A DNA stretch of 64,000 nucleotides from Camelus dromedarius (Eukaryota), in contig NC_087436.1 in NCBI RefSeq assembly GCF_036321535.1, positions 16,430,001 to 16,494,000 on the forward strand, written 5' to 3'. The position numbers and the translations under genes are program-made. The notes beneath the pieces were generated by a model that was not told the DNA's origin, searched no databases, and saw nothing but the letters and a program-made list of their open reading frames with translations. Positions 34,488-46,758 of this stretch are shown one piece after another. Each line of letters begins with the position of its first letter. Position 1 is the first letter of the stretch.

Positions 34488-37289
34488 CTGGCAAGGAAAC
34501 AGAAGAGGAGTCAGCGTCACCATACAGGTTTTCAACAAAACGCGCACAGGAAGAGTGAGGAGAGGAGGCTGGGCTCTCTGGCTGGGGCATTTCCTGTCTC
34601 AGCTGTGGATCTCAACTGCGTTGGGGATGACACATTCTCCCTTTTAGACAATGAACGAAAGGACATTTCCACAGGCCTGGGAATCAAAGAGAAAGGAGGC
34701 AGAGAGAGAAGACAAAAATGCAAGAAATTTGCTTAGTTCAGCCTGGGAAGACGAAGATGTTCTGGAGACGGTCCCACAGCGCCCTAAACGTACGTAATAC
34801 CGCCCAACACTTTACGCTTAAAAATGGTTAAAAAGATACTTTTTATTTTGCTACAATAAAAAAAAAGACTCAAGAAAAAGATGGAATCCACAAATAATGG
34901 AAACCCTCACTTCAGAGAAAACAAGCTTAGCGCCTGCTCTCCCTTCATCCCTCATGGGAATAAGAGCAGAAAAGCAGCGAATCTGCATCAGACCTCCTTG
35001 CCCTTCCTCTTCCCACTTCTCCAACACGACAGCCAAAGATCAGCAAAGCAGCCAACGTGTGAAAAGACATAAGGCGTTCAGAGTCTGGATGAAACAGTCA
35101 CGACCTAATTCGCTCCCACTGGAACCTGACTTTCAGTGACGCTCAGTCTGAGAGGAAGAGCCCATCGGAGCAGGTCAACTACAACTTCTCGGGTTGAGGC
35201 AAACCCACCTCACCAGCCCTGGGTGGGTGTCCATCCCCACCCTGTGCCTACCGGCCCCACCCTCAAAGGTGCACCTGCACACACAGCTGGTGCCTGACGA
35301 ATAAACGATGACTTGGTTTTTGATGGACAGTGCCGTGGAAACATGGAAACACCGCCAGGAACAATTCAGGAAGCTGGACGTCCCCAGACTCCCAGAAAAT
35401 GACATCTCCACAGCCTCAGAGCCCCTTCACCCGGTGGGTGCACTGACGGCTAGAGTGAGAACAAAGTCACTGGCTTTCGAGGCCATCGCAAAGCCCTAGC
35501 AGCAAACTCAGGATGGGCTGCTGGCGCCAAGATTAAAAGCCAGGAGCGGAAGTTCAATCTCACCTGGCAAGTGTGCAACATTTCTCCCGGAGTTCCCCCA
35601 GCCCCCCTGCAGCCGACGTGCTCTGCTGGGCGTGCGCACGTGGGACCCTGATCATGCTAACAGGGCACGTGTGGCGTCCCTAGAAAGAGATCGTTCAGGG
35701 CGGTGTCGAGAGACTGATTCTGGGGCTGTGTGAGGAGGTGGTTGCCTCACTCCTGTTCTAGGAAAAAGAGTAGGACTTGTGCGCTCTGCGAGTATCCACG
35801 ACGTCTACCCAAGCCCAGCAGCACCGACACTGCTGGGCCATGAGGTCTGGGTCACGCAGCACATGGGGCAGCAAGAGCCAGGCTAGGTGACCGGGCAAGA
35901 GACGCCCCCACCCGCTCTCCTAAAAAGTGATGACCTTGAGAGAGGACAGACTGTGTCTTTCTAGGTATCTAAATGTTTCCTTTCCTTTTCACTGTGACTT
36001 CTCTACTGATTGAACTCAGCACAACTCTCCTTCAAAATGAGTGCAGGACACACCTAAGAACACAGTGGGATTTTTTAGAAAGCATCAGAAAACCAGAGGT
36101 CCTCAGGAGACAATGTTAGAAGATAAAAAAATTCACCCATTATGAGAATTGTTCTTTTCAGCCATCCGTCTCTGAATATATTCATCTCCCTTTTCATTTT
36201 TTTTTTTTTGGTCTGGAATCTCAAATAGCTTATGTTTTCATAACATATATGGCTTTTTTGTTAATTACCAGCTAAAATGCTCGGGGCGGGGGGGGGGGGT
36301 GATCTGCAGAATTTAGGTTCTTCGCCTAATAGCCTGAGTCAACAACAAAACCCCAGGATGTCCCAGCAATTAGAAGGGCACCAAGCCAACATCCTTCTTG
36401 GTAACAATGAATCTGGTCCTGAAAAGACTGGAGGGAGACACATGTCAACCTAAGACTAAAGCCCGAAAAGCCTGAAGGAAGAATGAGAGATGGTGTAGTC
36501 AGAGATGCTGAAACCGTGAATTCTAAGGAACAAGTTTAATTAAAAAGCTTTGGGTTAAAATCATCTTTTGTAGAAAACAGAGAAAATATTTGGAGATATC
36601 AGTTTGAAGGACTTTTATTTTAGGGACAAATTTATGTAGATAATCTATCTTACAACATGGTCATTCATCATTATTTAAGGTACCATGTCCATGACTTGCC
36701 ATGTATATATATGTGTGTGTGTGTGTATATGTGTATATAAATAGTAGGTTATAAAATCTATCCATAATGTCTCTGTATGCGTTGAAAACACTTCTGTAAC
36801 TAGTATTTAACATAATAGATTCTCCTTCATCACAACATGGTATGCAAAGGGGAACAAAAGTAAGCTATCTGGAGTTGGAGGACCAGCTTCTGAATACAAC
36901 CCCTAAGGCAGCAGCTTTCAGAGTGTAGTTTCACTGCTTTTGATTAGCCAGACTTACCTCCAGATCCCACAAAGACACTGCTGTCCGCTGGGTAACGAGT
37001 CACAATAGATACATACTGTTCAATCTGAGTCTTGCTTTTGTTAAAAAGTAAAAAAGCAGAGTCAAAGGAAAAACTCCCGGGCTGCAATGGCAAGAGGAAA
37101 CACTAGAGGGAGTTGTGAGCACACTTTCCTCCACAGCTGATCCCTGAGACCCTTTTCCAACTGCTCTCAACTTGGGTTAACCAAGGAGGGGAATTCTGCT
37201 GTAACTGGCCCGGGATTACCTGCTCTCAAAACACACCACCCTCTGCACTTGACTAGTTCCCAAAACAGGTCATCTCTGAAACCAGCCAA

Positions 37290-37725
37290 GGCACAGTGTG
37301 ACTGTAAAAACAGCCACAAGTTATTCCCCAACCTCTATGTACACACTTTATCTTCCCATATTTACTCCAGACTTTGCTATTTGACTTCATTTGGTCAACT
37401 GGACATCAATCAGAAAACGTGAGGTAAGCAGAGACTAGGAAAGCACTTGGGCTGGAGAACGTGCCCTCTCTCTGGTTGCTTTGGGGAATCCTGTGTCTGT
37501 CCATGGTGATGTGACGCCCACGCCAGATGCTGGGAGGCACATGGCCGGGTCATAGCTGTCATCCCAGCTGACACTGAGCCAACCACCAGGCATGTCAGTG
37601 AGACCACACACTGCACTCTATGCCCCCACCGAGCCAGCCCAGATCAGAAGAACTGCCCAATTGATCCACAGAAGGATTTACATCCCTACCTTTAGGGGAA
37701 GTTTATTATTCAGCAAAAACCAACT
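37290..37725. mobile_element. Probable MaLR (MLT1-type) LTR relic
   Basis: gagccagcccagatcagaagaactgccca...tttaggggaagtttattattcagcaaaaaccaactg end motif; approximate. Confidence 0.5.
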
Positions 37726-39105
37726 GGTAAGTCAAATAACCCTACAGTGTGTCTAGCCCACCTAGGCAATGACCTTGATGGAAAACCATGATGTTGACAG
37801 CCAGATGCAAAGAGCTTTCCACCTACAGAAACCCAACCCATGCCACAAGGTCAGATCCCACTCAAATGCTATAACTTTGTTAAACCGTCTGTGATCTCCA
37901 GCCCTCAACTGAGCAGGCCCCCATGCTCAGTTTGTTCTGCTTGATCAACGGTCTTGTGATGTGTCTTCACACCGCAAGGCTCTTGAAAGTAGAGACAGAC
38001 ATCTCTGTGTCACTCTTGTGTTTACTATAATGTCAGCAAAAAAACTGTTCAACTCAACTGAAAATTGATCATTTAAGAAAGATAAACCATCCAACTTTTC
38101 TATATATTTGAAAGCTTTCATAATAAAATGTTGGGGTAGGGGAGGATGAAATAAACTTATTTTTTATTTAATGACCCAATACCACACTGTAAACACCATG
38201 ACCTCAGAGCGTGTATTTTGTTCATCATGATTCCCAGCGCTTAGACCAATACCTGGCCCACAGTAGCTAGTCTACAAATTGTTGTAAAAATGAAGAAAAA
38301 AGAAGGAATTAAAAGGAAAAGAGCATTCAAGAAGACTCAGAAGAACAAAACGCATCATCAGATGAACATCTGCTTCAAAGTATTCATTTGCTCCAAAGAG
38401 GGAGACAGAACTGATCAAATGGGACGCCATGTGGGAGCCCCACACACCCCCAGGTCACAAACTGCTGGGGGCAAGCGTGTCTGTGGGCCTTGCCACACAC
38501 TCCGACCCCGAGTGCGGCCACTGGATGAGGCGCACGGTCACTAAGGGTCAGTGTGTTTGTTCCCAGGCCTGTTTATCCTGAAAGTATTTGCAATTCTACT
38601 TAAATATTATGTGAACAGACAAAATGAATTTAAAAAGAAAGAATTCCCTGTTTCTACAAGAACTAGGTTGAACGCTTTGGAAAGTGAGTTGTTAAAACCG
38701 TCGTCAAATTAAGTAGATGACACAGCTCTTAAGGACTGGAAAAAGGCTGACCTGAAAGGATCAGATTGCTTTGCAAGGATCTTTAAACCTCATTCCTCCT
38801 GAAAAAGCCCAAGAGTGAAAACCGCAGACACTGGACTGTGGGTGTGTTTTATGGAAGAATGACGGCGGGAAACTCAGGACCGTACACAAAGCAAAGGCCT
38901 TGGCCCCACATCACAAGGGGGGACGAGGAACACACATTCATAGGTTGTAAATTAAGATAAAACGTGAAAGGTATGTTTATATAATTTTTAACTGACATTT
39001 TTATCGACCAGCTTCTGGTCCTGACTGCCAGGAGTAGACCGTCTGCTTCTTGATCAAAGGGAGAGAGTTTACAATTCAAATGCTGTCACTCCAAAGACCA
39101 CTGAC

Positions 39106-39183
39106 CTTCGGAAGGGTGGGAATCCACAGAGGAGTATGTAGGTGATCACGCCAGCCGCCCAAATGTCCACCTTCAGGCCATAG
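39106..39183 (-). CDS. DCLK2: DCLK2 exon ([25 protein letters not shown]), kinase subdomain IX
   Basis: ctgttttcccag|C TAT...AG|gtcagt, 78 nt, phase 2-2. Confidence 0.96.
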
Positions 39184-39603
39184 CTGGGAAAACAGAGATG
39201 GTGGGAGGTGAGAAACAGTGATACGCTCCCTGGAACCCTCCCCGTTACAGGACTGGTCCTTGTTTGTCAGGAAAAGAGGTCTTTCCGAGCCACACCGCTC
39301 ATTTCACGTAGAGGAAAGAATTACCCTTTGGACAAAGGCATCTGCTCTTCTCCCACCATCACCACCCTTGTGGGGATTACTGTCACTATTCCCAAGACCA
39401 GCCTCGGGACAGAAGTCCAGGCCTGGGGCTCTTGGAAATAGAAGCACAAACTTGAGTTCTTGGGATCAAAGTCACGTGCAGGTAACAGCCTCTCCTGCTC
39501 CCCACACTCCCAAGGGGCATCTGAATACACAGCAGCAGCAGCAGCAAAATACACCTTTTCCCACCAAAATTAAAGCACGACCCCAAACCACCAGGAGCTT
39601 TAC

Positions 39604-39737
39604 CCGGTTTCAGCAATGATTTCTGGAGCCACATAAGTCGGGGTGCCACAGACCGTGTACAGAGGGCCTTCCACCACGGTGGCCAGCCCGAAGTCGCCCA
39701 GCTTCAAAGACTTGGTTCCATCGGGATATTCACACAC
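39604..39737 (-). CDS. DCLK2: DCLK2 exon ([45 protein letters not shown]), DFG to APE activation segment
   Basis: tttccgttccag|GTG...GG|gtaaag, 134 nt, phase 0-2. Confidence 0.97.
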
Positions 39738-39932
39738 CTGGAACGGAAACCAGCCAGTAATCAGAGTTGTTTCTTCCTTGGTGATTGCAAGGCGGCCTTT
39801 GGGATTAGGCAGAAACGACGGGTACATTTACTAACAGATTCAAAAGAAATATCTCATGATAATAACACCAGGATTTATGTTCGTTGCTTTTTAAAGCTCT
39901 TTTTTTCTGGAGGTTTTTGCATGTGATTCTGA

Positions 39933-40388
39933 TTTTTTTAAACATTTTTTATTGATTTATAATCATTTTACAAAGTTGTGTCAAATTCCAGTGTTCAGCA
40001 CAATTTTTCAGTTATACATGAACATACATATATATTCATTGTCACATTTTTTTCTCTGTGAGCTACCTTAAGATCTTGTGTATATTTCCCTGTGCTATTC
40101 AGTATAATCTTGTTTATCTATTCTACATTTTTGAAATCCCATCTATCCCTTCCCACCGTCCGCCCCCTTGGCAACCACAAGTTTGTATTCTATGTCTATG
40201 AGTCTGTTTCTGTTTTGTATTTATGCTTTGTTTCTTTGTTTTGTTTTGTTTTTTTGTTTTTGTTTTTGTTTTTTAGATTCCACATATGAGCGATCTCATA
40301 TGGTATTTTTCTTTCTCTTTCTGGCTTACTTCACCTAGAATGACATTCTCCAGGAGCATCCATGTTGCTGCAAATGGCGTTATGTTGT
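39933..40388 (-). mobile_element. 5'-truncated LINE-1 3' end, same orientation as DCLK2
   Basis: L1 3'-UTR text in reverse (ggcaaccacaagtttgtattctatgtctatgagtctgtttctgttttg; tttttagattccacatatgagcgatctcatatggtattt; catccatgttgctgcaaatggc) with T-rich tail and tttatt. Confidence 0.85.
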
Positions 40389-41296
40389 GCGAAATTTGAA
40401 AAACACATCTCCACCTTTGCAAAAAGTTCCTAATGTAGGAATGTAATGAACACGTGTCGTGCTGAGGGGGAGAGGCGGTTGCCTACCTGGTGTGGCCTGA
40501 GGGGCCTCCGAGCCCGGAGGCAGGAAACTGAGCTTGACTGTGTGCTGTGAGGGAGGCACTTGAGAGCCTCAGAACTGGTGTTTATGAAGTGCCCACTGAT
40601 GGACTAGGTGCTCTCCAATTTACATGTTTAGTTTAGAAGATAAAATCAGGACTAATTCTCTATACAATCATGAATATAAATATCTCATAGAGGAGAACTT
40701 TAGAAATTTAAAAGGAAAATGACCCCTAGGATCAGACAGCCTGAACTTGCCTAACCAACCCCTCCACCCGTGTTCTGTGACCTGTGAAAGTCCCTCACCC
40801 TCCCCGGGCACATTTCTTCATCTGTGAGATGGGATGGATGCCCCTAGTCCCTGGCCCGTGGGGTTGGTGTGAGGATGAGATGAAGCTCAGATCAGGGCTG
40901 GAGGAACATTCCCTCCTTCCCCAGAAGGACTGGCTCACTAGTCAGGTAAGCATCATACTGGAAAAGGTTTACCAGCGCTGGGGGAGATGTGAGTGTTTTG
41001 CTTACACTGAAGCGACCCTTTCTAAAAAGCATTCCAGCATCATGTAAATTTCTTAACATCCTTTATAACCTTTGATCCTGTAAATCTACTCCTAAGAACC
41101 TACTTTGAGGGAACTGAGATGGAGCCAAAGGTTATGCACAGGAATGCCAATCTCAGAATTCACCTCTGTTTTTAAAAACTGGAAGCCACATAAATGGCCA
41201 ACAGGGCAATGACTTAATAAATCATGGCAAATTCCTATCATGAAATATTATACAGTCACTAACAAGCACATTTCAAGTAAATATTAATCATATGAG

Positions 41297-41354
41297 AAAC
41301 ATTTACTATATTACATGAAACATTTACTATATTACATAAAACATTTACTATATT
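41297..41354. repeat. 21-bp tandem repeat, about 2.8 copies (aaacatttactatattacatg/a), inside an AT-rich old L1-like remnant
   Basis: Seen directly. Confidence 0.8.
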
Positions 41355-44300
41355 CAAAATTGTATATACTGTAATACCTCCAAATGTTAAGTTTATGTCT
41401 AGGTGGTAGCATTATGGATTATTAAAATTTAATTTAATTTAATTAATTAGGATTAAATTAAATTAGGATTAAAGTATAAAGAATTTTCTTCTTTTACTTT
41501 TCAGTAGTTTCTAAAATATTTACAATGAACATGTACTGTCTTCATAATTTGGAAAAACTAATTTTATATATAAGCAAACTTTCCTTATGGGATAAAAGTC
41601 TGAAAGTTACATTTTAAATGGAAGGTTTCAGAAGCAAACGAGTGTGCATGGAGCATAACTGGGATCTGACTGTGTGGTCTGAAAACACCAAATTTGGGCA
41701 GAAACCTAACCTGTACTCACATCCTATCTTTCCTCTATTTTTACATTTTAGACATATTTCACTTGTGTTTCCTTGCATTTTACTATGAACCAAACCAGAT
41801 TTTCACCTAAACCACTACTTACTAAAGGAAGAGAAAAATTTAGAAAATCATGTTATTTCAAGATAAGCACATTCACAGCACCATCCCTGAGTCTGGGACT
41901 TCATGAGGGGGCGTGGTTTATAAACTCATCAGGCCTCCCCCAAGCCAGCCATCCGGGATCTTCACAGACCTTTCCTAAAGGATGACACTGAAAACCTTCC
42001 TTGCCTGTGGTGATGTCAGCAGTTTAAGAGGAAGATTTTTCACCTTAGTATCTTAATAACTGCTTCCATTTTGTGTACTAAATACACACGCCCCGCTGGC
42101 ATCTTTATGACTGTCAAGCTTCACAGGACTAGTGGTGAGGATTTTGAGTCCCGCACACAGATATTTATCTTTCTGAGTCAGCCCACAACTCAGCAGAAGC
42201 ATGTTCAAAGCGACTAATGATTTAGCCTAAAGCAACAGAAACCAGGTTCTTTAGTCACGCTTAGTCTTAGGGTGACTTTCCATCCATTATGTTTAACGTA
42301 AACATAAACGAGAGCAATCTGAATTACAGTTAGAATTTATGATGCATTTACTGAAACCCAGACTTTAGAAATCCCCCAAGTCACCACAGTGATAAGAACA
42401 TTATAAGCAATATTATAATTCTAAATGTCTGTATCATGAGAGTAGAAAAAAGAAGTTTTGTTAATGTCATTTTGTTTTTACAACTTTAAAATACACTCAT
42501 TAGGCACATTTTTTAAATGTTTACTTTAGACATCCAGTTTAGAGATGCCTAGGGGTGTTCAAGGTTTGTTGTCGGATACTCAGAAGCCCCAGCAGTCCCA
42601 TTCTTCACATCCGCTATAAGGAATTCAGAGTCAGATGCAGGAACATAAATAGAAATGCACAGAACGGCCTATAATCGCTGAATTATGTTTGGGCAAGTGG
42701 TACTCCTTGGCTAAACATCAAAAGGGAAGTGTCATAAGGGGCAGACAAGCCTGAAATAATAAGACTATTTTATCTGATTCATCGCTCCCCAATGCTAGAC
42801 ACAGACGCAAACATGTGAAACAGAATAGGAGTAAATTTCAAATCTTAGCTGGAGATTCTCTTCAAAGCAGGGAAAATATATATACATCAATAAATCTATA
42901 CATATGCACACATTTATGACACTGCTCTACGAGACTGGCACTGACACACACGGCTTTACTCTGAAAGACTGATTTTAAGAAAGAGGTGAAACAGTGCGCA
43001 GGGCCTCCAAAGGCCTCCTGTTCTGGCAGAGTTCAGTTCTCCCCAGTAATGGACATCCTCACAGGACTCTGGAGATTCCAGCCTTCTCCCAAATACTGTC
43101 TCATCACACTTCTACAGTCACCCTGCTGAGCAACTGGGAAGAGTTACTCCATTTTACAGATGAGGAAACTGAGGCTCAGAAAACTCACGTTACTAGTAGG
43201 GGGCCAAGTGGGATTCCAACCTGCACTGTTCTGCAACAGATTCCAGGTCTGAAAAGCTGCACTGTATGCAGACCCTGTGTGGGGTTTGAACAAGCCCCCC
43301 TGGGAGAAGCCCAGCCCTGCGGTGCTCCAACCCCTGCCCCCCCACCCCCCAAGCTGGGAGACGCTGTCCGCAATTGCTCTGACAATGCAAAACTGAAAAC
43401 CGTGAGGAATGCAGATTCCACGGACAAAGTGAACGCTGCATGCTGTTCTCTAAATAAAATGTCCATGTCCTGATTTAGGACGACTTCAAATATGAGAAAC
43501 CAGCCCTCTTGTCTCCCTGTCCCCAGAACTCCTGGAGATGCGGAATTTATCACCAGGCTCTCCTGGTTACCGCTGACAGGGCAGCCCCAGGCTGTAACTC
43601 ACCGCACTGAGGGCCACCCCTGTGCTCCCTGACCCGTCCGTCTCCGCCAGCAGGACTTTGAATTACAGCACTGCCGCCAGAGAAGGGGATGCAAATCAGA
43701 TGTCTGAATGCTCTGGTGTTTAGAGACTGAATTCTTTTTAGAGTTGCAAGAGGCTGACGGGTCACTCCACGTGGTTACTCTGAGCGTCTCAATGGCACTT
43801 TCTCATTCGGGGCAACGCCAACTTGCTGACCATGTCTAGCACCTGCTGAGGGGCCCAGGTAGGTTCCAACGGCAGACACATACTAAGACAGGTGCCGTCA
43901 AGGGTTTGCACAGCCTGACACCTCGGCCCTTTCATGCCACACATTAGCCTCAACCAGACATTAGTTTTATTATCGTCTTCCTCCTTCCCTTTAGGCAGCA
44001 CAATGGGGCAGGACCAGGTCCTGGAGCGGGGCGGACACTCACCTAGGGCAGGTGACACTAGAGGAGACACCCGATCTCAATTCCCTGCCTACATCCTGAG
44101 ACGTATCACGTTGGATACATCAATCCCCACTACTGAATCTTCTCTTGACGTGTAACGAGAAAAGGATGTGGCATCAGATTCTGAGGTTTTACGCACATTA
44201 AGACAATGAGGGTGGAAAAGAGCAATGGGAGGTGAGAGTAGGATCTGAGCTGGGAAGCGGGCGCTGCCAGGTTCACAGGGAAGCTGACTACTCCCTCCGT

Positions 44301-45400
44301 CCCCTGCTCACTGGGCCTTGGCAGTCAGAGCTGCCGCTGGGATGGGCTGGCTCCATGGCAACCAATGGTTCCTGGGGACCCCTGGGCCCAGAAAGTATGG
44401 GAACATCAGTAGCTGCAGCCTCTGGGGTGACGGGGGCCGTGGGGAGCAGGGCGTCCTTGTGAATGTCTGGGGGAAGCCCTGTCACCTGGGCCCATGAAGC
44501 CCCCGGCCCACGCCGGCAGTGGTGAGGGGCCCGGGCTAGCAGACACCGCAGTGTCACAAGGGAAGAGAAGCCTGTTTTGAGAAGGAACACCATGTCCTCA
44601 CCTCCTCCCCAAGGCCTGCTTTACAGCTGTCTCCATCCCTCTTGCAGTTCATAAAACCGAGTCCAACAGTACATCCTGTTTTACCGCGCAGGAGTGTTTG
44701 TCTCCTGATAGGAACACATAGACGTGAAATGCGTTCCCTCAAGGCAGAAAACAGTAAAAAAAAATCTCACATACTTGGAAGTTGACACTCAGAAATGATC
44801 GAATTGTATGACCAAAAGGGGAAACGGATACTCTGAATTAGCAGGAAGTCCAAGGATGGCCCCCAAGCCTATCCATCAGTGCATATTCTGCTCGACTACT
44901 GTTTGTGTGTCGCAAGCACAGGGCAGGCTGTGGAGACGCATGTGTGGGTGCCAGCGGCTGCCAGCCCCATGCCCATCAGTGGTCGGGCACCAGCCCGTAT
45001 ACTCCACACCGGCTGTGTGCTTACTTGGCACTGTCCAAGGCCCTGGGATATAAAGGTAGTGGGGACATAAACCTTGTCTCTAATGGTGCTGACAACCTGC
45101 AGAAGACAACAGACAAGGAGATGATAAAACCACCCTGCACCATGGCAAGTGCAGCAGAAGCCAGAGGAGGCCACGACTGACTCTCCCCAGGGCGTCTGGG
45201 GTGATGTCAGGAAGACAGGCCTTGCTCAGCGTCTTACAAGATGTGCCATGCTGCAGCTGCAAACAGAGACCGGCATGGACACTAGCAATGAGGTGTAATG
45301 CTGCTGACAAAGTCAAGTCTTCACCAACTCCAAGGCCTGGGGAAACCTGTGTTTGGATTAACATGATATGGAAAACGCAGATAAGCTCACCTCCCAAGCA

Positions 45401-45401
45401 G

Positions 45402-45478
<77 letters not shown>
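45401..45478. repeat. Trinucleotide microsatellite GTG(ATG)11 GTG(ATG)13
   Basis: Seen directly; it explains the poly-Met and poly-His ORFs in the track. Confidence 0.97.
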
Positions 45479-46249
45479 GTACCCAGCCCTGAAAGGTGGG
45501 ACCAGAGAAACCAGCTTTCCTGTGTGTGTTGGGGGGATGTGTCTGCAGACCGCCCAAATCACCTCTAAAGTTCCTCTACAAGGTAGACATGAGGACTGGC
45601 CCAATTAGCAAGCTGTGTTTGGTTTTGAAGGCCACCATGAGGGGAGTTAAATATGGTTTGAAGGTGAGTACCATGCTCACCAGATGGGTAGAGAAGAGAG
45701 GGGACAGGACAAGAGGCTGGAAAGGTAAACTGGGACCAGACTACGAAGCTGGGTGTCATAATGGAATGAGACTTTCCTTGGTAGAACAACAGGACAAATG
45801 AGACATTTAAGCAAGAAAAACTAGTATCTCTGGGTCTCAATGTCCATATCTGTAAAACTGAGATGACTGGACTAGATTATTTTCTGCATAGAAATGAGCC
45901 CCCGTGTTCTACTTCTGTCTCCTAGAAACCTCTAATTCTGTCTCCAATTTACTCTTCAGAATATTTTGCCTCATAAAATAATTCTCCTGCTCACCTTTCT
46001 TTAGTCAGTACCATCAATCAAAACATAAAGGTAAACAATTTTTCTAACGTCTGGTAAACAGTAAATGCAGATCAATTCAAGAAACCCATTAACATTTTAT
46101 GGCCTTTGACTTAAGTCAGGCTGATCTGCTAGATTTAAATTCTCTCAGTCCCTTATTTGCAGGATGGGTGCATGACTGTTTGCATGTGATTACTGTCACT
46201 TTACCAGAAGAGAGCCATGAGCTGAACAGAAAAGGCAGAGGTGACATAC

Positions 46250-46396
46250 CAAGAGGTTCTCTGGCTTGATGTCTCTGTGCACGATGCTGAGGGCGTGGAG
46301 GTACCTGAGGGCGCTGGCCAGGTTGTACACCATGGCACTGCCATCTCTCTCGGTGTACTTGGTTGAAGAGGTGATGGCATCAAAGAGATCTCCACC
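46250..46396 (-). CDS. DCLK2: DCLK2 exon ([49 protein letters not shown]), catalytic loop
   Basis: gtgtcctgtag|GGT...TTG|gtatgt, 147 nt, phase 0-0, HRDIKPEN motif. Confidence 0.97.
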
Positions 46397-46638
46397 CTAC
46401 AGGACACATAAAAGGACACAGCAAGACATCAACAGTGGCCATCCTAGGAAGGTAACAAAGAAGGTTCATCGGCCTGGAATAGATGAAAAAAATGACACGA
46501 GTGCCACTAAAATTGATGATTATAAGTAACGAAAGTTTCAAGGTGGCAAAACACTTTTCCAACTAGGTCCTGCAAGAATATTGCAAGTCGTGGGACCTGG
46601 CATTGATGAACTCTCTTGAAACCTCTCCGTCCTCTTAC

Positions 46639-46758
46639 TTTGACCAATTCCATCACCAGAAAGAGCTCAGTGGCCGTTTCCATCTCCTCAACCAGCATGA
46701 TGATATTTGGATGCTTCACTCTGCGCAGTATCGACACTTCATTCTCAATCAGATGTTC
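46639..46758 (-). CDS. DCLK2: DCLK2 exon ([40 protein letters not shown]), alphaC to hinge
   Basis: ttttttttttgacag|GAA...AAA|gtaaga, 120 nt, phase 0-0. Confidence 0.97.

Noticed and set aside
45080..45604. Poly-His and poly-Met ORFs
   Set aside because: Translation artefacts of the (ATG/CAT)n microsatellite.
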